NCBI GenBank assembly: GCA_963726315.1
Contig: CAVSBZ010000003.1
Location: forward strand, 38,978 to 102,977
From: an uncultured Chloroflexia bacterium
Lineage (GTDB): Bacteria > Chloroflexota > Anaerolineae > Anaerolineales > UBA4823
Direction of reading: 5' to 3'
Length of the DNA: 64,000 nucleotides
Shown here: piece by piece, positions 29,328 through 38,890 of the stretch
Numbering within the stretch: position 1 is the stretch's first letter
How the letters are laid out: every line of letters begins with the position of its first letter
Made by a program: the position numbers and the translations under genes
The notes under the pieces: model-generated
The model's input: only the letters and a program-made list of their open reading frames with translations
What the model was told of the DNA's origin: nothing
The model's database searches: none

Positions 29328-30155
29328 CTATCCCACTTCATCCACATCCCGGTACCATTTCACCCGGTCGCCCACCCGAGCACGTAAGCGCCATGCCATT
29401 GATTTCGGCTCATGTTCGATGCGTGACTTGGCAGTTTTTACCTGCTGGTTGACTTTTTCCTTTTGTTCAACGCTGAGCTGTGAATATCCCTGGGCGAGGC
29501 GATCCACCTTGTCGAGATTCATGGTTGTTGTCCTCCACAACCCCCAATCATTACTGCAGAGATTAGCGACGTACTTGATATTGATGGTTTCATGATCGAT
29601 ATCACCAAGTGGATGTTCGAGCAGTAACATGATCGTGTCGATGACATCTTTTTCGTTGATCTTCACAATTTGCATTTTTTCCAGCAGCATCTCTGCCAGT
29701 GGAATGCTTGGGTTATCCACCTCAAGCCGGTTATTCCAATAGATGATGTGACTAAAGGCAAGCTTTTCGTAGAACACGTCGATATGGATGCCAATTTCCG
29801 ACCTCTCGAAGATGGCGCGATCGCCTTCAGAAACGATGAAGACTTCACGGTTTTCACGGTAGCCAAGTCCAGCCATTAATACCTGGATTTCCTTCGTCTG
29901 CCGGTGGTAAGCGGCAAAGTCGATATCGGTATATGCGCGGCCCATAGCGGCTTGTAAATATCCAAATTGTGGGCAATGTAGCTGAAAAGCCAATGAGCCG
30001 ATGACCCGCATAATAATGCCAGCATTACTGCTGGCTGTAAGAATGCGCTTTAATTCATTTTCAAACTTGTCACGTTCCGCTCGATCTTGCTCACCCATCC
30101 CGATTGAACTGCTTAACATACCCTGCTCCTGTGCTGATACTTCAGCAATCGGCAT
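29328..30155 (-). CDS. Hypothetical protein with a possible Pol-beta-type nucleotidyltransferase fold
   Basis: 275 aa. G-S...D-x-D-like pattern (VIGSLAF...YTDIDF). The assignment is tentative. Confidence 0.5.
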   Translation of the reverse strand: MPIAEVSAQEQGMLSSSIGMGEQDRAERDKFENELKRILTASSNAGIIMRVIGSLAFQLHCPQFGYLQAAMGRAYTDIDFAAYHRQTKEIQVLMAGLGYRENREVFIVSEGDRAIFERSEIGIHIDVFYEKLAFSHIIYWNNRLEVDNPSIPLAEMLLEKMQIVKINEKDVIDTIMLLLEHPLGDIDHETINIKYVANLCSNDWGLWRTTTMNLDKVDRLAQGYSQLSVEQKEKVNQQVKTAKSRIEHEPKSMAWRLRARVGDRVKWYRDVDEVG

Positions 30156-30229
30156 AATGTTGACTGAATGTCATTAAATAGTAGACTACGGGAATATTTT
30201 CAAGCAATTATAATAAAAAAGGCAAAATC

Positions 30230-30258
30230 TTGCAAATTTCTTCATATTCTTTTATAAT
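30230..30258 (+). promoter_or_regulatory. Candidate sigma70 promoter of the DeoR gene (TTGCAA-N17-TATAAT)
   Basis: Hexamers and the 17-nt spacer were read directly. It sits in the 160-bp divergent intergenic region, which also holds three TTATAAT(A/T)AA-like repeats. Confidence 0.45.
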
Positions 30259-30315
30259 TAATCTTGATAATAAACAAATCCCTTACCTAACCGACCGATA
30301 ATTATATGTAAATTA

Positions 30316-31110
30316 ATGAGTAAATCTCTCATTCCAGCTCAACGGCGAGAGCGAATCCAGGAATATCTGGCAATCCATAAAATCGTCCGGATGGACGAAT
30401 TGTATAAGATGCTGGATACCTCTGAAGCGACTGTGAGACGGGATTTGGAATGGTTGGAACGCGAAGGAGTTTTAGAACGAACTCATGGGGGGGCAATTCT
30501 TAATCAACGGATGACTCTCGAGCCCGAATATGTCCAAAGAGCATCCTTAAACCCTGAAGAAAAACATCTAATTGGAGAACTGGCGGCCTCACTAATCGGT
30601 GATGGTGAAGTTGTATTCATCAATAGCGGCACGACGACTGCTCAGGTGATTCACCACATCCGAGGGAATGTTGGCATCATTGTGTTCACCAATAATCTGG
30701 CTGCAGTGCTGGAGGTCGGCGATACCGGGTTCAAATCCTATGTACTGGGTGGTGAGTTCCAGCCTCATTCCAACTCGGTTGCCGGTCGCTTTGGTCTTGA
30801 AAATCTGCGCCAGGTATATGCCAACAAGGCGATCCTGGGCGTCGACGGCATCAGTTTGATCCACGGCTGTACCGTGCCTTCGAATGCCGAAGCTGAAATG
30901 ATGAAATTGATGATTGAGCGCACGAAAGGGGAAATAATGATTGTGGCTGATCACACCAAATGGGGTGTGGTTTCAAATTTTCAAATCGCAAGCATCGATG
31001 AGCTCGACAAGCTGATCACGGATGCTCAAATAGATCCCACCACCCTTGATACTTTGGCTGAACATTCCGTGCAGATACATATTGCCTCAGCAAGCCAGGT
31101 AAAAGTTTAG
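30316..31110 (+). CDS. DeoR-family transcriptional regulator
   Basis: 264 aa. N-terminal wHTH (RRERIQEYL...SEATVRRDLEWLEREG) and a C-terminal DeoR sugar-phosphate-sensor domain. Confidence 0.85.
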   Translation: MSKSLIPAQRRERIQEYLAIHKIVRMDELYKMLDTSEATVRRDLEWLEREGVLERTHGGAILNQRMTLEPEYVQRASLNPEEKHLIGELAASLIGDGEVVFINSGTTTAQVIHHIRGNVGIIVFTNNLAAVLEVGDTGFKSYVLGGEFQPHSNSVAGRFGLENLRQVYANKAILGVDGISLIHGCTVPSNAEAEMMKLMIERTKGEIMIVADHTKWGVVSNFQIASIDELDKLITDAQIDPTTLDTLAEHSVQIHIASASQVKV

Positions 31111-31153
31111 CCTTGTTTGTGTAAATTACGGAATTATTTTCAAGGAGATCCGT

Positions 31154-32149
31154 ATGCCATTATTTTCCAAGAAGGAAAAAAAGAGGGCAACCCGGCTTTT
31201 TTTTGCTACTGATTTGCACGGCTCTGAGCGAACTTACCGGAAATTCATCAACGCGGGAAAATTTTATGACGTTGATATCCTGGTGATGGGAGGAGATATC
31301 ACCGGCAAACTCCTTATCCCGATCATCAAAGAAAGCAACGACCATTACCGCGCTACCTTGCAAGGCAGAGTTGAAGAGATCACCACGCAATCAGAGCTTG
31401 AAAACCTGGTTAATCGTTTGGGAACACTGGGGTTCTATCACAAGATTATGGATGAAGACGAGTTTCGTTCACTCTCAACAAACGAGAAGGCGGTTAACGA
31501 GCTGTTTCACCAGGTAGCCCATGAACGTTTAAACGCCTGGGTGGATCTGGCGGAAGAACGCCTGGCGGGAACTGGCAAGAAATGTTTTGTGACCGGTGGA
31601 AACGATGATGACCCCATGGTGTTAACAGCCATTAAGAAAGAAGGTACACAAAGTTTTTTTGCTTGTGAAAATGAAGTGGTTCAAGTTGATGCGGATCACA
31701 CCATGATATCTGTCGGTTACAGCACACCAACCCCGTGGAAGACCCCTCGGGAAATTTCAGATGAACAATTGGGCGAAATGATCGAAGAAATGATTGGGCA
31801 TGTAACCGATTCAAGTCATGCAATTTTTAACTTCCATGACCCTCCTGTTGATTCATCACTGGATACCTGCCCAATGCTGGACTGGAGCAAAGATCCACCC
31901 GAACCCATCATCCAAAGTGGACAAGTGGTCATGTATGGTGCTGGGAGTAAATCGGTCCGTAAAGCCATCGAGAAATACCAACCCATGTTAGGCTTGCATG
32001 GCCATATCCATGAATCACAATCTGTAGCTAGGATCGGACGAACCACCTGCATTAACCCTGGGAGTGAATATGGGGAAGGAATATTACGCGGATGTCTGGT
32101 GACTTTTGTGGATGGTAAGGTGGAAGGTTACCAGATGACCAGCGGGTGA
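31154..32149 (+). CDS. Calcineurin-like metallophosphoesterase, copy 1 (cytoplasmic; no signal peptide)
   Basis: Motifs ATDLHGSE, GGDITGK, TGGNDD and LHGHIHES are present. 331 aa. Confidence 0.75.
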   Translation: MPLFSKKEKKRATRLFFATDLHGSERTYRKFINAGKFYDVDILVMGGDITGKLLIPIIKESNDHYRATLQGRVEEITTQSELENLVNRLGTLGFYHKIMDEDEFRSLSTNEKAVNELFHQVAHERLNAWVDLAEERLAGTGKKCFVTGGNDDDPMVLTAIKKEGTQSFFACENEVVQVDADHTMISVGYSTPTPWKTPREISDEQLGEMIEEMIGHVTDSSHAIFNFHDPPVDSSLDTCPMLDWSKDPPEPIIQSGQVVMYGAGSKSVRKAIEKYQPMLGLHGHIHESQSVARIGRTTCINPGSEYGEGILRGCLVTFVDGKVEGYQMTSG

Positions 32150-32297
32150 CAGACCACTTTTAGAAAGGAGACTCATCAAGAATAAGGTAATCAGATCGTA
32201 ATGGTTGCGAAATTGTGTGAATGATAGGTTGAGCTTTAATTATCTGAGCAAATAAAAGCCAATCTGTTCGGATTGGCTCTACCAAAGGAGGAACACA

Positions 32298-34157
32298 ATG
32301 TCTGAAATTGCAGCAGCCAAACCAGAAGTCTTCACCAGGAAGGCCTCTGGACTCGTGCGTGTCATGTCTCCGTATTCAGCGTTTATCTATAATATATTAA
32401 CCATGGGCTTGATCTTTCCATGGACTTACCTGTGGGCACCCGGTTCACTGCCTGGCGGTCAGCTCGTTTGGGGGATCCTCCTGGCAATGATCATCGAGAT
32501 ACCGATTGCCTTCGTCTATGTTTGGCTTTCAACTGCCCTTCCACGGTCAGGTGGTGATTATGTATTTCAAAGCCGTGTTTTCGGTGGTGGCTTAGCATTT
32601 ACCGTGGTGATGTCGGGTTTTGTGATCTGGATCCTACAGTGGGTGGCGCTCTCAGGCTGGCTGGTTTCATACCTGGGGTTTGCACCGCTCTTCCTCGGTC
32701 TAGGGGCGACGATGCACGTTGCTTCCTTATCCAGCCTGGGGATCTGGTTCACGACGCCAACAGGTATCATCATAGTCAGCCTCTTAAATGCCTTGGTTGC
32801 ACTTATCCTGCTGGCAACAGGGTTTAAGAACTATGTTCGTTTCCAGCACGTCATATTTTGGGGCACAATTTTGTGCTTTGCAACTGTATTCGGTGTCCTA
32901 TTTCTCACACCGGCTTCGCAATTCGTAGATCGGTTAAACGCTTTTGCGTTATCCACGAGCGGGGTAGAAAATTTCTACCAAACCGCGGTTGCTGCTGTAA
33001 CGGCCGCTGGTATCGATCTCCACCCGCCGTTCAGCTTAATGGCTACCCTGTTAATCGCACCAATTGCATGGACCAGCTTGCAGTGGGCTACATACTCCGC
33101 TGAGCAGAACGGGGAGATCAAAGATGCCCGCAGTTTTAAGTCGCAGACGTTCATCATGGTTGGCTCGCTGATTGTCACCGGCTTACTACTGGCGCTATTG
33201 GCTTTTGGCATCCAACGTGTGGCTGGATCTGAATTTCTCTACGTTGCAGGAGCAGGTTATTGGTCGCTGATAGCTGAAGCCAATATCAGCGGATTTAACC
33301 TTTGGCCACCTATCCTGGCGGTTGCTCTCACTGCCAGTCCAATTATTGTGTTGATCATTGGACTTGGCTATTTACTCAATGGCTTCCAGATTGTGTGCAA
33401 CTGCTACATCGGTATGACGCGTGTGATGGTCGCCATGGCGCTCGACCGACTCCTGCCAGAGTGGTTTAGCAAGGTTAATGAGAAATTTCACACCCCGGTC
33501 AACGCCCACCTGGGTTACTTCCTCGCCAGTATTCCAATAATCTTTGGCTATAGTCTGGTGACCAAACCATTCACATGGACGAGTCTCACTCTGGGTGTGA
33601 CATTCGGTTGTGGTTATGTATTCATCATCACTTGCCTGGCTGGAGCTCTCCTCCCTTACCGCGCCAAGGAGGTATATGAAGCTTCCCCCGGAGCTAAGTA
33701 TAAAGTAAGCGGTATTGTTGGCTTGCTGTTCACCCTGCTCGGAGCAGGCGCTTTCGTTGGGTTAACCTGGGAGCTGGCGCCACAAGCCTTTGCGAACTAT
33801 CCGACTCTTTCCTGGTTGGTAAGGTTGGGTTCCATCGTGGCGGTGATCATCTTCCTTTACCCGATGCGTCGATACCTGGCAGAGTGGATAAACGGAAAGC
33901 CGATGCCCTGGCTCTCTGCCCTGGGCATGTTAGGTGGTGGGTTTGGTATGGCCATGGTAGTGGCGTTCCTGCTTTCACCGGCACTGGGCGTGCTCGGGAA
34001 TTGGAACTTCACCGACTTTCCTAAGAACATGCTGGCGCAGATCATCGCAATTGGAATCATCGTAATATCTGCGATATGGTATGTGTTAGTCAAGTCACGC
34101 CAGAAATCCAAGGGTATCAACGTGGATTACGCTTTCAAGGAGATTCCGCCAGAATAA
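32298..34157 (+). CDS. APC-superfamily permease, copy 1
   Basis: 619 aa with at least 12 hydrophobic segments. Contains PRSGGDYVFQSR, an APC signature-like segment. Confidence 0.8.
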   Translation: MSEIAAAKPEVFTRKASGLVRVMSPYSAFIYNILTMGLIFPWTYLWAPGSLPGGQLVWGILLAMIIEIPIAFVYVWLSTALPRSGGDYVFQSRVFGGGLAFTVVMSGFVIWILQWVALSGWLVSYLGFAPLFLGLGATMHVASLSSLGIWFTTPTGIIIVSLLNALVALILLATGFKNYVRFQHVIFWGTILCFATVFGVLFLTPASQFVDRLNAFALSTSGVENFYQTAVAAVTAAGIDLHPPFSLMATLLIAPIAWTSLQWATYSAEQNGEIKDARSFKSQTFIMVGSLIVTGLLLALLAFGIQRVAGSEFLYVAGAGYWSLIAEANISGFNLWPPILAVALTASPIIVLIIGLGYLLNGFQIVCNCYIGMTRVMVAMALDRLLPEWFSKVNEKFHTPVNAHLGYFLASIPIIFGYSLVTKPFTWTSLTLGVTFGCGYVFIITCLAGALLPYRAKEVYEASPGAKYKVSGIVGLLFTLLGAGAFVGLTWELAPQAFANYPTLSWLVRLGSIVAVIIFLYPMRRYLAEWINGKPMPWLSALGMLGGGFGMAMVVAFLLSPALGVLGNWNFTDFPKNMLAQIIAIGIIVISAIWYVLVKSRQKSKGINVDYAFKEIPPE

Positions 34158-34243
34158 AGAAGTTTCTCCCCTTCATAAAAGTGGTCAGCGCACAGGCGCT
34201 GACCACCATTTTCCTGAGCTTATAGTAGAATTTAAAATACCTC

Positions 34244-35143
34244 ATGCAGAGCATCGAAGAGATCATCGCCAGAATAGAAGATTGGAAAGGAAGCAATATT
34301 TCGATTCAGCCGATGACGGGAGGCCTGACCAACTCGAATTATAAGGTGACCGTGGATGGGGCACCTTTCTTTGTCCGCGTGCCTGGTGAGGGCACTGAAT
34401 TATTGGCAATAGACCGGAACAACGAATATTTTAATACCGATACGGCTGCAGCGACTGGGGTAGGTCCGAAAGTTCTTTATTATTTACCTGATTTACAGGT
34501 CATGGTTCTGGAATATCTCGAGGGCACAACCATGTCAAACGCTCTACTTAATGCAACAGGCATGCCTGCGAATATTGCCACGGCGATCAGGCGCCTGCAT
34601 GGCGGCTCTCGTTTTCTTACTGATTTCAATATGTTTCGATTGACCGAGTATTACCTTGAGATCTGTAAAAAGTACACTATTACCATCCCGGAAGGCTATC
34701 CAGTGAGACTTCATACGGTCAAGCAGATCGAGCAGGCAATGGCGGTCCATCCACTGCCTGCTGTGCCCTGTAATAATGATTTGCTGGCTGAGAATTATAT
34801 CTACGATGGAAATTCCATGCGCATCATTGATTATGAATATAGTGGGAACAATGATCCATGTTTTGAGCTGGGAAACACCTGCCAGGAATTACAATATAAC
34901 GAAGAAAGCATCGCTGAGGTGTGTGAAGCCTATTTTGACTACCGCAGGGTGGACATGATCTCTCGCATGAAGCTCTATATGATCATGTCTGATGTTGGCT
35001 GGGCGCTTTGGGCAGCGATCCAGGCGAAGATATCCAAGATTAATTATAATTTTTGGGGATGGGCGGTGGAACGCTGGGGAAGAGCAATTGAAAAAATGGA
35101 TTCGCCTGCATTCCCGCAATGGCTTGAAGATGTTCAAAATTGA
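34244..35143 (+). CDS. Choline/ethanolamine-kinase-like phosphotransferase, copy B
   Basis: Contains GGLTNSNY, CNNDLLAENYI and IIDYEYSGNND. 299 aa. Confidence 0.8.
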   Translation: MQSIEEIIARIEDWKGSNISIQPMTGGLTNSNYKVTVDGAPFFVRVPGEGTELLAIDRNNEYFNTDTAAATGVGPKVLYYLPDLQVMVLEYLEGTTMSNALLNATGMPANIATAIRRLHGGSRFLTDFNMFRLTEYYLEICKKYTITIPEGYPVRLHTVKQIEQAMAVHPLPAVPCNNDLLAENYIYDGNSMRIIDYEYSGNNDPCFELGNTCQELQYNEESIAEVCEAYFDYRRVDMISRMKLYMIMSDVGWALWAAIQAKISKINYNFWGWAVERWGRAIEKMDSPAFPQWLEDVQN

Positions 35144-35165
35144 ATTGGAAAGGCGGAATGGATAG

Positions 35166-37592
35166 ATGAAAGATCAAGCACGCGTCGTAATTGTGGGCGG
35201 AGGAATTGTCGGAGCAAATGTTGCTTATCATCTAGCACTGCTGGGTTGGACGGATGTGGTTCTGTGTGAAAAAGGTGAGATTGCAAGTGGCGAGTCATCG
35301 CATGCCGCCGGGCTGGTGACCCAGTTTGCCACTTCGCAAACCTTAATGCAATTCCGCAAATACAGCATTGAGTTGTACAGTGGGCTACGCCTTTTTGATT
35401 ACGTGGGTAGTTTGCGCGTGGCTTCATCGAAGGACCAGCTTACTGAGATGCACCGCAGCGTAAGCCGTGCTAAAGGGATTGGAATGGATGCGGAGGTCAT
35501 CTCGCCCGAGGAAGCGATCTCGATCATGCCCCAGCTGAGCAAAAAAGACCTATATGGGGCAATTTACCTGCCCCGAGATGGACAGCTGGACCCGTATACC
35601 ACCACAACCACGATGGTTCGCCTGGCCAAGGAGATGGGCGTAGAGGTGAAAACCTGTGTACGCGTGACCGGGTTCGAGCTCTCTTCCAAGGGTGAGATAA
35701 AGCGAGTGCTCACTAACCAGGGGGACATCCATACAGAAATCGTGGTCAATGCAGCCGGTATGTGGGCACCCCAGGTGGCTGCCATGGCTGGGGTGCACAT
35801 CCCGACCACACCGGTGGACCATCAGCACATTGCATTGAAAGCTGTGACCGGAAATGAGTTCCCGCCCTCCACCCCCTGCCTGCGTGACCCGGATAACCTG
35901 GTATATATGCGCCAGGAAGCAGGCGGACTGGTGATCGGTGGCTATGAGCCCAACCCACTGGCACGCTGGATTGATGGGGTACCCTGGGAGCACGGGGATA
36001 CCACCTTACCGGCTGATTATGACCGTTTCGAACAACTTCTGGAAGGTGCTATCCGGCGCATCCCATTCCTTGACCATGCGGGCATCATCACCCTGGTCTG
36101 TCACCCAGGTGCTTATACCCCCGACAGCCAACCCATGCTAGGGCCGGTGGCAGGAGTACGCGGTATGTGGATTGCGGCGGGAATGTCATTGAATGGCTAT
36201 GGCGGAGCAGGTGGGATTGGCAAGCTGATGGCAGAGTGGATTGTTGAAGGCGAACCTTCACTGGATGTGTATGCCTATAAAGCGACGCGGTTCGGGAATT
36301 ATTATGCCAACCCGGAATACGCCGCGGAGCGCACCCGCGAGGGGGTCAAGTACTATTACCGCTTACGCTTCCCCAATGATGAGAATGAGTGGGCCCGCCC
36401 CCACCGGGTAAGCCCGGTGCACTACCGCTTGCAGGAAATGGGTGCGGTGTTTGGTGAGAAGTTTGGCTGGGAGCGGGTCAATTACTTTGAGCCTGATAAA
36501 CCCTGGCGCAGGATGGGCGCCGACCAGCGTGCCTGGGGTTGGAAAAAGCCCCCCTATTTTGAGCGGCTTGGACAGGAACACCAGGCTACACGTGAGCGCG
36601 TGACATTGTTTGATATGACCTCATTTGGAAAGATCGAGGTGAGCGGTGCGGGAGCCCTGGCGCTATTGCAGCGGGTGGCAGATAATAATATCGATAAACC
36701 GGTGGGTTCGACAATTTACACTCAATTCTTAAATACCAACGGTGGTGTAGAAGCGGACGTGACTGTCGCCCGCCTCGGAACAGAGCGGTTCTGGGTGATC
36801 ACCGGTTCGGCTTTCATCGGGAATGAGCTGGCATGGCTGCGGATGAGTCAACAGGAGCAGGATGACTCGGTGAGCATTCGCGATATCACCCAGGAACTTG
36901 GTTGCCTGGCACTATGGGGACCCAAAGCGCGTTTCGTCTTGCAGAAGCTGACAACGGACGATATCTCGAATGAAGGTCTGCCCTACTTGCACGCCGGAAT
37001 AATCCACATTAATGGAGTTTCCATTTGGGCGCAGCGTGTCAGCTACGTAGGAGAATTAGGATGGGAATTATACATACCAAATGAACGCTGCGAGCTGGTT
37101 TGGGATGCCATTCTGAATGCGGGTGCGGAATTTGGTATCGAGGTGGGCGGTTATAAGGTGCTGGACTCCCTGCGCCTGGAAAAGGGTTACCGCTACTACA
37201 CCGCCGATGTCACCCAGCTTGAGACTCCTTATGAGGCGGGTCTTGGTTTCTGCGTGGATCTCAACAAGGAAGATTTTATCGGAAAACAAGCTTTGCTGAA
37301 ACAGAAGCAGGACGGAGTAAATCGCAAGCTGTGCACCCTGGTGCTTGATGAGGCGTCTTACACTCAAATCTATGGCGGCGAGGCAGTCTATTACCAGGGG
37401 AAGGTCATCGCCCGGGTACGCAGTGGGGGGTATGGATTTACAGTGCAGAAAAATATTCTGTATGCCTATTTGCCGATTGAGCTGGCGAAGACAGGCACAG
37501 ACCTCGAGATTGACTTGATCGAAGGTAAATTCCCAGCAAAGGTCACCCAGGCAGTATTATATGACCCGAAGGGTGAGAACTTGCGGATTTAA
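35166..37592 (+). CDS. FAD-dependent oxidoreductase + GcvT domain (DMGDH/SARDH-like), copy B
   Basis: 808 aa with VVIVGGGIVGANV, ESSHAAGL and RLEKGYRYY. It is collinear with copy A. Confidence 0.85.
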   Translation: MKDQARVVIVGGGIVGANVAYHLALLGWTDVVLCEKGEIASGESSHAAGLVTQFATSQTLMQFRKYSIELYSGLRLFDYVGSLRVASSKDQLTEMHRSVSRAKGIGMDAEVISPEEAISIMPQLSKKDLYGAIYLPRDGQLDPYTTTTTMVRLAKEMGVEVKTCVRVTGFELSSKGEIKRVLTNQGDIHTEIVVNAAGMWAPQVAAMAGVHIPTTPVDHQHIALKAVTGNEFPPSTPCLRDPDNLVYMRQEAGGLVIGGYEPNPLARWIDGVPWEHGDTTLPADYDRFEQLLEGAIRRIPFLDHAGIITLVCHPGAYTPDSQPMLGPVAGVRGMWIAAGMSLNGYGGAGGIGKLMAEWIVEGEPSLDVYAYKATRFGNYYANPEYAAERTREGVKYYYRLRFPNDENEWARPHRVSPVHYRLQEMGAVFGEKFGWERVNYFEPDKPWRRMGADQRAWGWKKPPYFERLGQEHQATRERVTLFDMTSFGKIEVSGAGALALLQRVADNNIDKPVGSTIYTQFLNTNGGVEADVTVARLGTERFWVITGSAFIGNELAWLRMSQQEQDDSVSIRDITQELGCLALWGPKARFVLQKLTTDDISNEGLPYLHAGIIHINGVSIWAQRVSYVGELGWELYIPNERCELVWDAILNAGAEFGIEVGGYKVLDSLRLEKGYRYYTADVTQLETPYEAGLGFCVDLNKEDFIGKQALLKQKQDGVNRKLCTLVLDEASYTQIYGGEAVYYQGKVIARVRSGGYGFTVQKNILYAYLPIELAKTGTDLEIDLIEGKFPAKVTQAVLYDPKGENLRI

Positions 37593-37609
37593 TTGAGCCC
37601 AGAGAGGAT

Positions 37610-38890
37610 TTGTGCGTGAAGAAGAGTCATCAGGTGCGTATGGACAAGCATGAAATAACAAGCATAAAAAATTTATTAAATTCTCGTGAACCGAACCACG
37701 ACTTGCCGAGACCGTTTTATCACAATGAAATCCTGTATCAAGCAGAGATGGAAGCCATCTGGAGGCAGGGATGGCTATTTGCCGGTCACTCATGCCAGAT
37801 CCCCAACCCGGGCGATTACTTTGTTTATGCCGTGGAAGATGATTCGGTGATCGTGGTGCGCGCTGATGACGGTCAGATCAACGCCCTTTACAACGTCTGC
37901 CGGCACCGGGGAATGGTGATCTGCCAGGTACCTGAAGGAAATATCAAGCGCTTTATTTGCCCTTATCACCAATGGACCTATGACCGCAGTGGGCACTTGC
38001 TGCTCCAGCATGGCATGCAGGAAGGTCTGGATAAGACCCAGCTCGGAATGCATCCTCTCCATGCCCGTGAGGTTGAGGGGCTGATCTTCATCAGCCTTGC
38101 CCAAGAACCGCTCGATTTCGATCCGGTTAAGTCGGCGATCGCCCTGGTTGCGAAACCTCAAAGACTGAGCCGAGGCAGGGTAGCTAAGATTATGGATTTT
38201 AATATCGAATCTAATTGGAAGCTGGTGTGGGAAAATAACCGTGAATGTATGCATTGTAACGTAAACCACCCGCAATATATCAAAGCTAACTTCGACCATT
38301 ACAACGCGGATGACACAACACCTCGAGTCGCGGAGAGGTTGGAAAGGGTCACAGCTCGTCTTGAAGCGAAACTGGCCGCCCAAGGCATGTCTCTGCGCGC
38401 AGAAACAGGCATGACCGAATTTCCTGACCCAGATCACGGGCTCTGGTATGCTGCCAACCGCACTCCTAATGAGCAGGGTTATGTTAGCGAAACCATGGAT
38501 GGCAAGCAGGTGGCACCCCTGATGGGTGATTACACCGACCCTGAAGTGGGCACGTTGCGTATCCGCAGCCTGCCAAACTTTTGGATTCATGCCAGCTGTG
38601 ACCATAGTGTGGCGGTGCGTCTCACCCCGAACGGACTCACCCACACCCACATCCGCATGATCTGGTTGGTGGCTGGGGAAGCGCAGGAAGGTCGGGATTA
38701 CGATTTGACTGAACTGCTTCCGTTCTGGCAATTAACCGCGGAGCAGGATTGGAAAATTTGCACCAACCAACAAAAGGGTGTCAGCTCACACGCATACACA
38801 CCGGGACCATTATCGACTTATAAGGAGTACAACCTTGACCGGTTCCTTCGTTGGTACCTGCAGGAAATGAAAGCGTACATCGAGGCATGA
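37610..38890 (+). CDS. Rieske [2Fe-2S] non-heme-iron oxygenase alpha subunit, GbcA/Stc2-like (N-demethylase-type)
   Basis: Rieske motif CRHRG...CPYHQW. Catalytic-domain motif NWKLVWENNRECMHCNVNHPQY. Start is uncertain among TTG 37610, GTG 37616 (better RBS spacing) and ATG 37640. Confidence 0.8.
   Translation: MCVKKSHQVRMDKHEITSIKNLLNSREPNHDLPRPFYHNEILYQAEMEAIWRQGWLFAGHSCQIPNPGDYFVYAVEDDSVIVVRADDGQINALYNVCRHRGMVICQVPEGNIKRFICPYHQWTYDRSGHLLLQHGMQEGLDKTQLGMHPLHAREVEGLIFISLAQEPLDFDPVKSAIALVAKPQRLSRGRVAKIMDFNIESNWKLVWENNRECMHCNVNHPQYIKANFDHYNADDTTPRVAERLERVTARLEAKLAAQGMSLRAETGMTEFPDPDHGLWYAANRTPNEQGYVSETMDGKQVAPLMGDYTDPEVGTLRIRSLPNFWIHASCDHSVAVRLTPNGLTHTHIRMIWLVAGEAQEGRDYDLTELLPFWQLTAEQDWKICTNQQKGVSSHAYTPGPLSTYKEYNLDRFLRWYLQEMKAYIEA

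Noticed and set aside
37790-38731. 313-aa minus-strand ORF antisense to the Rieske oxygenase gene
   Set aside because: It is a shadow ORF. It lies entirely within a plus-strand gene that has strong family motifs. Its translation is low-complexity and Arg/His-rich with no recognisable domain.
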